From a virus (taxonomy: Duplodnaviria > Caudoviricetes): a DNA stretch of 59,008 bases. Below the pieces are notes generated by a model. That model did no database searches, was not told the DNA's origin, and was given only the letters and a program-made list of their open reading frames with translations. Below are positions 39,827-48,770 of this stretch, piece by piece (the first letter of the stretch is position 1; the number at the start of each line of letters is the position of its first letter). A program made the position numbers and the translations under genes. Location: positions 1-59,008 of IMG/VR virus record IMGVR_UViG_3300025416_000004. One strand, written 5' to 3'.

Positions 39827-40135
39827 ATGAAAATCAAATACACAGCCACTGCTCCTAACGGAAAAACCATTAGCATCAATAGCACACGCCAAGTCAAAAA
39901 TTGCCACATGGCAATCAATCGTGAGACTGGAGAAATCGGAGCTTTTCGTTGGACTTCAAATGACAACAAGCTCGCCAAAGCATCTGCCGCATCCTGCGGA
40001 TACAGACTCGGATATTGGAAGGGTTTCAGCTATGATCGTGCAATGCAGAAAGCTCAAAATGATCAAGCTGACGCTTGCAAAGCCGAGCTTGACGCAAAAT
40101 ACACCTACATCATCGTTCCAGTCATCGCCGCCTAA
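39827..40135 (+). CDS. Hypothetical early protein
   Basis: ATG after a CA-rich leader (MKIKYTATAPNGK...). Confidence 0.65.
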   Translation: MKIKYTATAPNGKTISINSTRQVKNCHMAINRETGEIGAFRWTSNDNKLAKASAASCGYRLGYWKGFSYDRAMQKAQNDQADACKAELDAKYTYIIVPVIAA

Positions 40136-40161
40136 CCACAACACACACAACCTACACACAC

Positions 40162-40347
40162 ATGAGCTACGACACATACATCACAGCCGCCACAGCACTC
40201 CGCCTGCAAATCAAGGACACCCTCAAACGACGCCGCGATTGGCGTCAGCAGGGTTGGGAGTATTCATACCTCCAAGACCTCACACGGCAGGTTCGCAACA
40301 GCGTTCAGGCACTCCGCGAGCTTCGCACGATCACCCTCACCTACTAA
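40162..40347 (+). CDS. Hypothetical early protein
   Basis: ATG after a CA-rich leader. Confidence 0.6.
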   Translation: MSYDTYITAATALRLQIKDTLKRRRDWRQQGWEYSYLQDLTRQVRNSVQALRELRTITLTY

Positions 40348-40367
40348 CCCACAACCCACACACACCC

Positions 40368-40553
40368 ATGACATACACCGAACACCAAGAAGTCGCGCAG
40401 ATCGAATTGACCTGCGACGAAGTCCGCAAAGAAAACGAGGAGCTACGCGCTCACATCTCGTTCCTCCGCCACAGCCTTGGAGAAATCTATAAACTCAACA
40501 GCCTTGGAAAAACCAAGAAGTTGGCTGACCTCGTATGGGATCTACGCAAATGA
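40368..40553 (+). CDS. Hypothetical coiled-coil protein
   Basis: ATG after a CA-rich leader (MTYTEHQEV...). Confidence 0.6.
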   Translation: MTYTEHQEVAQIELTCDEVRKENEELRAHISFLRHSLGEIYKLNSLGKTKKLADLVWDLRK

Positions 40554-40762
40554 CCACACACGAACTATCCTCACTAGAAGGACTCCTAGCCTGCCAGATC
40601 AAACTGGCAGAGCGTCACGGCCTCGACGAGATCCGCATCAGCGTTCCACGCGCACGCGAGATCCTGCATCAGGCCATCATGGGACAGCGCAGTCCCAAAC
40701 CTACACCAAAAAAGGAACCGCCGTTCTTTAGCCGACTCGACGCAATTCACTTCACATCATAA
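40550..40762 (+). CDS. Hypothetical protein
   Basis: ATGA-coupled to the previous gene. Confidence 0.55.
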   Translation: MTTHELSSLEGLLACQIKLAERHGLDEIRISVPRAREILHQAIMGQRSPKPTPKKEPPFFSRLDAIHFTS

Positions 40763-40770
40763 ATATATGC

Positions 40771-40798
40771 TTGACACTGATACCGAAGCGTCTAAACC
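40771..40798 (+). promoter_or_regulatory. Sigma70-like promoter
   Basis: TTGACA-16 bp-TAAACC; spacer contains TACCGAAGCG. Confidence 0.5.
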
Positions 40799-40805
40799 CA
40801 ACCAA

Positions 40806-41009
40806 ATGGATACACACCCATACAAAGCAGGCAAAGACGATATGCGTGAGCAATTGCTCGCGTTCATCTACGAACGCTACTGCTACTACCGAACCTTCTT
40901 TGGGAAGGAATCGCAAACAGCATTAGAACTGAAGCGCATCATCCTCGACATCCGCGAGGATCAGGCGAAAGAAGAGGAAAAAAACAATTATACATCAATC
41001 GACGAGTAG
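40806..41009 (+). CDS. Hypothetical protein
   Basis: MDTHPYKAGKDDMREQLL...; start chosen downstream of the promoter. Confidence 0.55.
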   Translation: MDTHPYKAGKDDMREQLLAFIYERYCYYRTFFGKESQTALELKRIILDIREDQAKEEEKNNYTSIDE

Positions 41010-41179
41010 TATAACCAAATGCATTCATACATAACATACAGGCAGGAACAAGTATATTCTCCTCTGATCCCATACATTTGGGTCATGTTGGATAGTCTTG
41101 ACAAGAAAGGTCTTTTACAACCTAAATTGCGGCCTGCGGTAAAAATGCCGCTGAAAGAAAAAATCCAAAAACTTAATTT

Positions 41180-41416
41180 ATGGCAAAAGAACCGACAAAT
41201 CATCCCGCCTTTCCCGTCCATCCTTATCAAGGAGACGAACTCAACCCACCAGTCAGAAGCAACTCCGGCATGAGCATGAGAGACTTTTTCGCTGGATGTG
41301 CCTCAATAGGATTGGTCAACGAAAAACTTGCATCCGACCCTGATGTGGTAGCCGAAAACGCGTATGCGTTTGCCGATGCCATGCTTCAGGAGCGTTTTTA
41401 CACAACCCGAAAATAA
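41180..41416 (+). CDS. Conserved phage protein (PAFP...GMS.RD.FA...AY..ADAML type)
   Basis: HPAFP, GMSMRDFFAG and AENAYAFADAMLQER motifs recalled from many phages. Confidence 0.8.
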   Translation: MAKEPTNHPAFPVHPYQGDELNPPVRSNSGMSMRDFFAGCASIGLVNEKLASDPDVVAENAYAFADAMLQERFYTTRK

Positions 41417-41422
41417 AAAACT

Positions 41423-41713
41423 ATGTGGCATAATAACCCTAAAAATCCCATGAAGATGAACCCGCCGAAATCTCCGGCAAAGCCCGCGGCATTAAATGCC
41501 AGCGCGGAACCCAAATCATCGAGCGCAACAATCAAGATGGCCTCACCTGAAATCAGAGTCGGTTTAGATTCGATCAGGCAACCCAAGTCATCGATGATCA
41601 AGCGAGTCGGCCCAAAAAAGACGCCTACGCTCACGAATGACATTTCAATGCCGAAGGTTCCAAAGATCAAGAAACCCAAGGTAATGAAAGCAAAAAAACC
41701 CAAGATGCCATGA
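41423..41713 (+). CDS. Lys/Pro-rich small basic protein
   Basis: Composition; ATGA overlap to the next ORF. Confidence 0.5.
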   Translation: MWHNNPKNPMKMNPPKSPAKPAALNASAEPKSSSATIKMASPEIRVGLDSIRQPKSSMIKRVGPKKTPTLTNDISMPKVPKIKKPKVMKAKKPKMP

Positions 41714-41799
41714 GCAGTAGCACTTGGCCTGATGCCGTCATGATGATTGCCGTTCTGATATTCAGCGGGTATATCATCTGGATTCACAATCGATATTAA
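41710..41799 (+). CDS. 29-aa single-TM peptide (not in ORF track)
   Basis: MSSSTWPDAVMMIAVLIFSGYIIWIHNRY*. Confidence 0.45.
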   Translation: MSSSTWPDAVMMIAVLIFSGYIIWIHNRY

Positions 41800-41814
41800 C
41801 CAACCAAAACCACC

Positions 41815-42087
41815 ATGTCTGAAGATACAACACCCACAATCTCCCCAGAGGAGATCGCCGCCACTGGAGCTACTGGAGTCGCTCCTGATGCGCCAGCCAA
41901 GGCTGAACCCAAGAACATTCAGGAACTTGTAGCCGCCATCGACATCAGCGGAATTTCTGAACACGAAATTATCGTAGACCTGATCGCCGGAATTCAGCAA
42001 CTCGCTGTCCGCGGAACTATTGCTTTAGGACTCCTAGAGCGTCTTGCCAAGGCACAGGAAGATGCCGCAGAAACGCCAGCAGAGTAA
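41815..42087 (+). CDS. Hypothetical acidic protein
   Basis: ATG after a C/A-rich leader. Confidence 0.6.
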   Translation: MSEDTTPTISPEEIAATGATGVAPDAPAKAEPKNIQELVAAIDISGISEHEIIVDLIAGIQQLAVRGTIALGLLERLAKAQEDAAETPAE

Positions 42088-42583
42088 TTCGTTCCCTCCC
42101 GTAGAGGACACCCTGCGTAAAAAACAGGGTATGCCTCCGGCAGGAGAGGTGTTAAAATCACCTGAAACAAACAAGTCCAAACCAAAGTTAAAATGAAAGC
42201 CAACAATTCATTCAAGCGCGCCGCCAAAGCTATTGCCGGAGCCGGAGAGGTTGTTCTCCCTCGCTCTCATGCCGAACAACCTGCCGGAGAAGACACGAAG
42301 CGAAAGAATCCCCAGCGTATGGACATCCTTCGACGCCATGCGCTTTCCAGCCGCAACAATGATAACACATAAACAGGAGAATGAATGCACAGAAGCCGCG
42401 CTTCAGTACATCTGGTTAAAATATGGAAAAGAAAAACCCTCACCTACAACGGCACATCCTGAAAACGGAGACTTATCACGAACTGATGAACAGCCGGATT
42501 CATCCCAAGACCAGAAAGAGTTTGCACAGCAAGCTGGGCGGTCTTGCGAAGGGCATGAAGATCAAACCAATGGAGGATAACAA

Positions 42584-42730
42584 ATGAAAAAAGGACTATG
42601 GTACAACATCCATGCGAAGCAACAGCGCATAGCTAATGGATCCGGCGAACATATGCGTAAGGTTGGAAGCGCGGGCGCACCTACAAACGCCGCCATCAAG
42701 AAGTCACAAAAAACATCCACGAAAAAATGA
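42584..42730 (+). CDS. Small basic phage protein (GLxxNIHAK type; not in ORF track)
   Basis: MKKGLWYNIHAKQQRIANGSGEHMRKVGSAGAPT...; motif recalled from many phages. Confidence 0.75.
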   Translation: MKKGLWYNIHAKQQRIANGSGEHMRKVGSAGAPTNAAIKKSQKTSTKK

Positions 42731-42963
42731 GCGAAAAGAAATTTAAGAAAGTAGTTACAAATCCTGACACAGGAAAGAAGAACACGATCAGGTATGGCGC
42801 GAAAGGATACTCAATTGCTCCTCACACGAAGAAGGGCGACTCATACTGCGCGCGTAGTGCAGGACAAATGAAAGATCACCCTGCGGCGGCGCATGATCCA
42901 AACTCCCCACTGCGCTTGAGCAGAAAAAAGTGGGCGTGCATTGGAAAGCGTAGCGCAAGATGA
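42727..42963 (+). CDS. DUF6321-like small basic protein
   Basis: SYCARSAGQMK......DPNSPLRLSRKKWAC. Confidence 0.7.
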   Translation: MSEKKFKKVVTNPDTGKKNTIRYGAKGYSIAPHTKKGDSYCARSAGQMKDHPAAAHDPNSPLRLSRKKWACIGKRSAR

Positions 42964-43133
42964 GCGAGGCAATTCCAAAGAACCAATTCGGATGGGGCGG
43001 CGGCAAGGGCGACTATGAAAGACCAGTAAATCGCCGTGTGTTCAGGGAGAACATCGATAAGATCAAGAAAGGCCCAATGCGCGGTACAGCCGTCGCCAAG
43101 AAGGGCGGCAAAACAACCTATAAATATTCATGA
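42960..43133 (+). CDS. Small basic protein (not in ORF track)
   Basis: MSEAIPKNQFGWGGGKGDYERPVNRRVFRENIDKI...; ATGA-coupled on both sides. Confidence 0.6.
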   Translation: MSEAIPKNQFGWGGGKGDYERPVNRRVFRENIDKIKKGPMRGTAVAKKGGKTTYKYS

Positions 43134-43279
43134 AAGTCACAAAGAAACTCGTAAAGCATCTTACCAAAATTGGCAAAATCGGAGGCAAGGCGACCACCGA
43201 AAAAAAGGCAAAAGCGGCTATTGAAAATGGCAAAAAGGGCGGCAGGCCAAGAAAACATCCTGTCCGCCAAGCCGCATAA
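43130..43279 (+). CDS. Small basic KGG/AT-hook-like protein (not in ORF track)
   Basis: IGKIGGKATTEKKAKAAIENGKKGGRPRK. Confidence 0.65.
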   Translation: MKVTKKLVKHLTKIGKIGGKATTEKKAKAAIENGKKGGRPRKHPVRQAA

Positions 43280-43322
43280 ACAGAGGCTGTAGAAACTATT
43301 TTCATTTTCTGAAAGATTTTCC

Positions 43323-43350
43323 TTGGAAACCCAAGCGATGAGTGCAATAT
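43323..43350 (+). promoter_or_regulatory. Promoter containing AACCCAAGCG box
   Basis: TTGGAA-16 bp-CAATAT; CA-rich leader downstream. Confidence 0.5.
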
Positions 43351-43384
43351 TGGTCGTGTAGTCAATCAACACACACCAACACAC

Positions 43385-43594
43385 ATGAATACAACACATG
43401 CCATCAAACTTGCTTACTATAAGCCTTGCGGAACACCATTTGCTCTAACTTCTTCAACTTGGTATAGAGCGCATCATTCGGCTATTTGCACACGCACTGG
43501 TCAACTTAACACCAAAAAACAAGTTCTTAAATGGATCAAAAAAACAAAGATTGAAGAATCATCCATCGCAGACATTTTAGCCGCATTAAAATAA
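43385..43594 (+). CDS. Hypothetical protein
   Basis: ATG after a CA-rich leader. Confidence 0.6.
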   Translation: MNTTHAIKLAYYKPCGTPFALTSSTWYRAHHSAICTRTGQLNTKKQVLKWIKKTKIEESSIADILAALK

Positions 43595-43597
43595 TTC

Positions 43598-43629
43598 TTT
43601 ACACGCAATCCCAAGCGCATATATAAACC
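43598..43629 (+). promoter_or_regulatory. Promoter containing ATCCCAAGCG box
   Basis: TTTACA-18 bp-TATAAA. Confidence 0.5.
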
Positions 43630-43657
43630 TTCCCTGTAGTCACAAACACACACACCC

Positions 43658-43894
43658 ATGACATCCAAATACAACAAAGCAGACTTCGACGCTCTTCCAC
43701 ACAGCATCCGCGCAAAGGCTCTGGACATCGCACAGCGTGCGTATGAATCCGCCGCCTGCATGGGTCACAAGAACCCTGACGCTTACGCCGACAAAAAGCA
43801 CGATCAGTACCTGATCGATTACATGGAGGGCAATCGCTATGATCGTTGCCCTGACTATGCGCTCCCAGTCCAGCACGCTTTCAAGCACCGATAA
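43658..43894 (+). CDS. Hypothetical protein
   Basis: ATG after a CA-rich leader. Confidence 0.6.
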   Translation: MTSKYNKADFDALPHSIRAKALDIAQRAYESAACMGHKNPDAYADKKHDQYLIDYMEGNRYDRCPDYALPVQHAFKHR

Positions 43895-43922
43895 TCACCA
43901 ACCAAACCAAACAAACACACAT

Positions 43923-44570
43923 ATGGCTAACACCACATCAACCCTAAACTCCGCCCTAGTAGCCGCCCTTGGCGAGCTTCGTAATCTTGCAAAAGACAAG
44001 ATCAACCCACACTTCAAATCGAAGTTCACCAGCCTTGACGCCATCCTCGACGCCACGCGCCCTGTGCTTTCCAAGCATGGGCTGGCAATGTCGCAGGAGC
44101 CAGTCTATGAGGACGGCATGGCAGGCGTCGTTACACGAATCATCCACGCTGGCGGTGAAAGCCGCGAGAGCAAGCTCCTCTTGCCTCTACGCGACCAGTC
44201 CGCCCAAGGCGTTGGATCTTGTTTGAGCTACGCTCGCCGTTACTCCGCCGCCGCTGTTTTAGGAATTGCTAGCGACGAGGATGACGATGGTCAGGTCGCC
44301 AGCACACCTAGCAAAGCGGTGATCGCAAAGCCAGCGTTCAAGAAGCCAGAGCCTGCGCCTTTACCAGAGCCTACCACCCCAGCCGCCAAGGACGAGTGGG
44401 AGATCATGTTCAAGACGATGGAGGCGTACAAGGTCTCCGAGGAGCAGGTTCGCTCATTCTTGCTAGCCAAGGGCGTCGAGGTTCCAGAGTTCCTGATCGA
44501 CCTGCCGCTCGCTGTTGCCAAGCGCGTCAACGAGAAGTTCGCGGACATCGTCACCTCTACCAAGAAATAA
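43923..44570 (+). CDS. erf: ERF-family ssDNA-annealing recombinase
   Basis: KDKINPHFKSKFTSL and Q.VGS.LSYARRYS....LGIA.DEDDDG signature. Confidence 0.9.
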   Translation: MANTTSTLNSALVAALGELRNLAKDKINPHFKSKFTSLDAILDATRPVLSKHGLAMSQEPVYEDGMAGVVTRIIHAGGESRESKLLLPLRDQSAQGVGSCLSYARRYSAAAVLGIASDEDDDGQVASTPSKAVIAKPAFKKPEPAPLPEPTTPAAKDEWEIMFKTMEAYKVSEEQVRSFLLAKGVEVPEFLIDLPLAVAKRVNEKFADIVTSTKK

Positions 44571-44571
44571 T

Positions 44572-45636
44572 ATGACCGACGAACGCAAAGACAAGATGTC
44601 AGGCAGTGCGATGGCTAGCTACGCCGCCTGCGCTGGCAAGTATCAGCTAGAGATCACCTGTCCCCCCAGCGAGTCTGGGGCGGCGGCGATCATGGGCAAT
44701 CGCATCCACTCATACCTCGCCGGAGATAAGGTAGAGCCGGAGCTTAACGATGAGGAAATGGACATCGCTGATCGTTGCCATCAAGAGTACCTTGAGATTA
44801 GGGAGGCTGTTGGCCTTGGAGATCCTGACAGCAGTACCATCGAAAAGCGGCTCTGGTATGGAGACCAGTGGTCAGGCCAGATTGACCGCATCGACCACTA
44901 CGGAGATGACACTGCTCTGGTCGTCGATTGGAAGACGGGCAGGGTCGGTACAGGAAACACGGCGGCGGAGAACCTCCAGTTGAGGGCATACGCAGTAGTC
45001 GTGAAGAAGAACCTGCCATCGCTCAAGAGGATCCTAGTAGCCATCGTCCAGCCTATGGCGGCAAAGTTCACCATCGCGGAGTACAACGAGAACGACCTGA
45101 TCCAAGCCGACGAGCAGATCCAGTCCATCGTCAACGCCGCGCTCGTTCCCAACGCTCCAAGGACTCCATCGCCGGACGCCTGCCGTTATTGCCGCGCCAA
45201 GGCCATCTGTCCTGAAGCTGGCGGAGTAGCTACCCAGTTGGCAGAGGTGAAGGCGGACATTGTTACAACACTTACCAACGATCGGATAGCCGACTTCCTT
45301 GAGAAGGCCGCGGTAGTCGAGTCATTCATCGAATCCCTGCGTGCCGAGGCCAAGCAACGCCTTCAGGATGGTCAGGAGATCGCCGGATACAAACTCCAAG
45401 CCGGACGCACCAGCCGGAGCATCGACGATCAGGAGGCACTTGTAGCGAAGCTGGCGGGCAAGCTATCCGTATCTGCCATCATGTGCTGTTCCAAGATTTC
45501 ACTCCCAACGCTGGAGAAACAATTTGCCGTCGCCACAGGGTTGAAGGCAAAGGAAGCGAAAGTAGAACTTGAGTCCATCCTCGCGGATGTTCTCACAACC
45601 AAAACCAGCGCGCCCATCATGGTGCGTGCAAAATAA
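44572..45636 (+). CDS. Cas4-like PD-(D/E)XK exonuclease (DUF2800-type)
   Basis: C..G..IH, E..L, GQID, VVDWKTG, QL..YA and CRYCRAKAICP. Confidence 0.85.
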   Translation: MTDERKDKMSGSAMASYAACAGKYQLEITCPPSESGAAAIMGNRIHSYLAGDKVEPELNDEEMDIADRCHQEYLEIREAVGLGDPDSSTIEKRLWYGDQWSGQIDRIDHYGDDTALVVDWKTGRVGTGNTAAENLQLRAYAVVVKKNLPSLKRILVAIVQPMAAKFTIAEYNENDLIQADEQIQSIVNAALVPNAPRTPSPDACRYCRAKAICPEAGGVATQLAEVKADIVTTLTNDRIADFLEKAAVVESFIESLRAEAKQRLQDGQEIAGYKLQAGRTSRSIDDQEALVAKLAGKLSVSAIMCCSKISLPTLEKQFAVATGLKAKEAKVELESILADVLTTKTSAPIMVRAK

Positions 45637-45644
45637 ACAAAACA

Positions 45645-45920
45645 ATGCAAAACAAACCGACACAGAAAGAAATAAATATCATAACCGCTCTTGGTTCAGA
45701 TGTATCAGAGCAACTTGATGATCATTTCAAAATGATACTCATCGAACTCAACTCCAAGCTCCAGTTATTGGCAGATGCAAAGATCATCGATTGCGAAGAA
45801 GCTGACTGGTACAAGTGCAAGGCATTACACCTAGCAGTAGACTTTCTCCTAGATAAGGAGGATGAAGAAATCGAGCAGGAGTTATCCGGCTCTAACAAAG
45901 AAACAGAAAGGGCATACTAA
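45645..45920 (+). CDS. Hypothetical protein
   Basis: ORF that tiles the operon. Confidence 0.55.
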   Translation: MQNKPTQKEINIITALGSDVSEQLDDHFKMILIELNSKLQLLADAKIIDCEEADWYKCKALHLAVDFLLDKEDEEIEQELSGSNKETERAY

Positions 45921-45921
45921 A

Positions 45922-46200
45922 ATGGCATACGAACACAAAGAGGGTCGCGGGACAATTTTCCCCAACGACTACAAGCAGGAAGAAAAGCACCCTGACTTCA
46001 AGGGCAAGGCAATGTGGAAGGGCGAGTTGATCGAGATTAGCCTTTGGGAAGGCGAAACATCGAATGGCGTGAAGAAGTTCAACGTCCAGATCAGCGAGCC
46101 TCGCGCACCGAAGGACAAGCCTCAAGGCTTCATCAAGCAGAACGCGCAGTCTTATAAGAAGCCTGCCGCGCCTGAACGCGAAGACGACATCCCGTTCTAA
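45922..46200 (+). CDS. Single-stranded DNA-binding protein (DUF736-like)
   Basis: G..F.N..K...KHPDFKG, ISLW and acidic DDIPF C-terminus. Confidence 0.75.
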   Translation: MAYEHKEGRGTIFPNDYKQEEKHPDFKGKAMWKGELIEISLWEGETSNGVKKFNVQISEPRAPKDKPQGFIKQNAQSYKKPAAPEREDDIPF

Positions 46201-46202
46201 AA

Positions 46203-46397
46203 ATGAGCGCAGTAGTTTCCAAGAAGAACGTCAAGGACGGCGATACATACATCTGCGACGACTGCGGTGACCCGATCATGGGAAGCCGCATACTCGCAGG
46301 CGAGATGGTCTATTATGTGAAACAGGATTTATCCAATCCGCATAATAACCGCTACCGCTGTGCCGACTGCCAAGACGATCTCTGGAATAACTACTGA
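46203..46397 (+). CDS. Small zinc-finger protein
   Basis: CDDC...CADC. Confidence 0.6.
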   Translation: MSAVVSKKNVKDGDTYICDDCGDPIMGSRILAGEMVYYVKQDLSNPHNNRYRCADCQDDLWNNY

Positions 46398-46831
46398 TGG
46401 AAAAAGTCTCATTCATAGTTCCTGTAGTGCCAGCCTCCATGCAGGGGGCTGGCAAAAGGGCTATGTGCATGGGGGGACGAGTAATTTTTTTCAAAGAAAA
46501 ACGAGCTAAAGACTATGAATCTGTAATCAGATTTTATGCTCAACCACACATTCCAAATAAAAAATTCTGTGATCCTGTAAAGTTGACTATTGCCTTTGTG
46601 TTAAAGCGTCCTGTTTCACTTAATGGCAAAAAAATTTATCAAGGCAGGCTTCCTGCTACCAAGCGTCCTGATCTGGACAACTTAATCAAGTTCAGCGTAC
46701 AGGATTGCCTAAACGAGTTTTGGGAAGATGACTCGCTTGTGGTTCAAATTGCCGCATCAAAGTGGTTTGCCGCTATTGACGAAACTCCAAAAATTGAGAT
46801 TGCTATAGAGCCAATAGAGTGTATTAAATGA
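46397..46831 (+). CDS. rusA: RusA-family Holliday junction resolvase
   Basis: KRPDLDNLIK...D.L....WEDDSLVV.....K. Confidence 0.9.
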   Translation: MEKVSFIVPVVPASMQGAGKRAMCMGGRVIFFKEKRAKDYESVIRFYAQPHIPNKKFCDPVKLTIAFVLKRPVSLNGKKIYQGRLPATKRPDLDNLIKFSVQDCLNEFWEDDSLVVQIAASKWFAAIDETPKIEIAIEPIECIK

Positions 46832-46889
46832 ACGAAGCCACAGGGAGTTGACGCTCCGAGTGGCCTCTTACCTCAACCATACTTTTACT

Positions 46890-47525
46890 ATGACTGAAGC
46901 TGTTCAAAATGTAGATGCCGTTGTGCATCGTTACAAGCGCGGAGATGTGCGCGATGATGGGAAAATTTTTTGGGATTACAAAAAAGGTTGCAAAAATGGG
47001 CAACATTGGGTAACTCCAGATCAATATATTAAATATAAAGAATCTGTTTACCTATATAATAGGTCTAAATTAAGAAAAGATGTTTGCAAAAGACACAGGC
47101 AGACTGACTTATGTAAATCTCAAAGCAAAAAATATAGATATTCAGAAAAAGGAAAAACTCGCAAAAGAAAATATAAGTATGAAAAATATCATAAAGATGA
47201 TTTATACAAAATAAGAGAAGGGATCAGGGCATTGTTGTATGTTTCTTTTAAGAAGTCTGGTTTTTCAATGAAATCCAAGACGGCAGAAATACTTGGATGC
47301 TCTTTTGAAAAGTTTAAGTCATACATTGAACAAAGATTTCAAGAAGGAATGACATGGGATAATAGATCCGAATGGCATCTTGACCACATAGTTCCAGTAT
47401 CGCTTGGTAAAACAGAACATGAAATCATCAAGCTGAATCATTACACGAATTTTCGTCCGTTATGGGCGAAAGAAAATCTTGCCAAAGGCAAGAGGCAGAC
47501 AATACAACTGCAAATGTCGGTATAA
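46890..47525 (+). CDS. HNH-type (homing-like) endonuclease
   Basis: ILGCS, F..GMTWDN..EWHLDHIVP and NHYTNFRPLWA.ENL.KG; AT-rich relative to its flanks. Confidence 0.8.
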   Translation: MTEAVQNVDAVVHRYKRGDVRDDGKIFWDYKKGCKNGQHWVTPDQYIKYKESVYLYNRSKLRKDVCKRHRQTDLCKSQSKKYRYSEKGKTRKRKYKYEKYHKDDLYKIREGIRALLYVSFKKSGFSMKSKTAEILGCSFEKFKSYIEQRFQEGMTWDNRSEWHLDHIVPVSLGKTEHEIIKLNHYTNFRPLWAKENLAKGKRQTIQLQMSV

Positions 47526-47547
47526 CCCCAATCCATCAATACATCAC

Positions 47548-47895
47548 ATGACATCAAACCAGATTGAGCTGGAGTTCGCTCCAATCGTACCAGAGTCACG
47601 CGAGGCTGGCATCTACAGCCGCTTCCTCAAGTTCCATGAGGCCAACCCTCATGTTTATAGCAACCTAGTTTCCCTTGCCCGCGCTTTCCGGCGCAAGGCA
47701 CAGAATCACAACAGGAAGATGGGCATTGCCATGCTCTTTGAAGTCCTTCGATGGAATTACTTCATCGAGGTGGATCAGGGCGAGGAGGAGTTCAAGCTAT
47801 CCAATGACTTCCGCGCCCCATACGCTCGCAAGATCATGGCGGACGAGCCTGACCTGTCAGACGCATTCAACATCAAGACATCAGTCGTAGACTAA
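47548..47895 (+). CDS. Conserved phage hypothetical protein
   Basis: F..FH.ANPHVY...LFEVLRW...FKLSND....YAR..M...PDL...F. Confidence 0.7.
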   Translation: MTSNQIELEFAPIVPESREAGIYSRFLKFHEANPHVYSNLVSLARAFRRKAQNHNRKMGIAMLFEVLRWNYFIEVDQGEEEFKLSNDFRAPYARKIMADEPDLSDAFNIKTSVVD

Positions 47896-47896
47896 A

Positions 47897-48079
47897 ATGG
47901 ACATCATCGAATCATTCAACAATTGGTATAAGACCGAAGGCATCAGGACACCAGTACCAGCCGGAGAGCATCACCATGAGTATTATCAGCGCATCGCCTA
48001 TGAAGCCGGAGTTCAAGCCGCGATGAAGCATTGCGTGAACATCATTGACGAAGTAGAAGCTCGCCTGAAAAAGAAATGA
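47897..48079 (+). CDS. Hypothetical protein
   Basis: ATGA-coupled to the initiator gene. Confidence 0.55.
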   Translation: MDIIESFNNWYKTEGIRTPVPAGEHHHEYYQRIAYEAGVQAAMKHCVNIIDEVEARLKKK

Positions 48080-48768
48080 ACTACTACTCATTCCATGTGG
48101 GTGACTTTTCCGCCCACACATCACACCTGTACCCGATGGAAGAGCTGGCATACCGCCGGATGCTCGACCAGTATTACCTATCCGAGTCGCCGCTACCAGC
48201 GGATCCAGAGAAGGTAGCACGCCTAATCGGCATGAGGGATCAGTCAGCTATGGTATCTGAAATCTTATCTGAATATTTTGTGAAATCAGATGATGGTTGG
48301 ACGAACAAGCGTGCCGATGAGGAGATCGCAAAGTACAAGGCCAAGGCATCACGCGCAACAGCCGCAAACCTCTCGCGCTGGGCGAACGCTACAGAGAAGA
48401 AATCTGATATCAGAACGAAATCAGTTCCCAACCAAGAACCAAGAACCAATAAGCCTATCATAAAAAAGGAAAAGGTCGCTGAAGCTCCTGTTGTTTTTCC
48501 TACGGAACTTGATACGGATGAGTTCAAGCGGAATTGGGAGCAGTACCTCAACTATCGAAAGGAGCGCAAGCTCGCCACCCTCAAGGCGTCATCCATTGCC
48601 ACCAAGCTCCAAGAGATGGCAGGATGGGGTCATCAGGCGGCGATCAGATCAATCGGTAACAGCATCAGCAACGGATGGCAGGGACTCTTTGAGCCTAACA
48701 ACCCTGCCGTTTCAGTAAAGAACCCAACACAAACATATAAACCCAGCAAATATTCAGGAGTATTCTAG
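48076..48768 (+). CDS. DUF1376/YdaU-family replication initiator
   Basis: MNYYSFHVGDF..HT.HL...E..AYRRMLD.YY..E.PLP...NKRADEEI; C-terminal SISNGWQGLF; followed by a DnaC-like loader. Confidence 0.85.
   Translation: MNYYSFHVGDFSAHTSHLYPMEELAYRRMLDQYYLSESPLPADPEKVARLIGMRDQSAMVSEILSEYFVKSDDGWTNKRADEEIAKYKAKASRATAANLSRWANATEKKSDIRTKSVPNQEPRTNKPIIKKEKVAEAPVVFPTELDTDEFKRNWEQYLNYRKERKLATLKASSIATKLQEMAGWGHQAAIRSIGNSISNGWQGLFEPNNPAVSVKNPTQTYKPSKYSGVF
48256..48449. repeat. Iteron-like GAAATC(A/T)G repeats and AACCAAG repeats inside the initiator gene (candidate origin)
   Basis: TCTGAAATC 48256, TGAAATCAGA 48281, GAAATCTGA 48399, palindrome TCTGATATCAGA 48403, GAAATCAG 48417, then AACCAAGAACCAAGAACCAA. 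Confidence 0.45.
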
Positions 48769-48770
48769 TC

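Noticed and set aside
41019-41273. 84-aa ORF from the track
   Set aside because: It overlaps the well-supported 41180 gene, spans a TTGACA-containing probable regulatory gap and has no motif.
46834-47525. Group I intron or intein around the HNH gene
   Set aside because: rusA upstream and the downstream gene are both complete; only a short hairpin precedes the HNH gene, so it appears free-standing.
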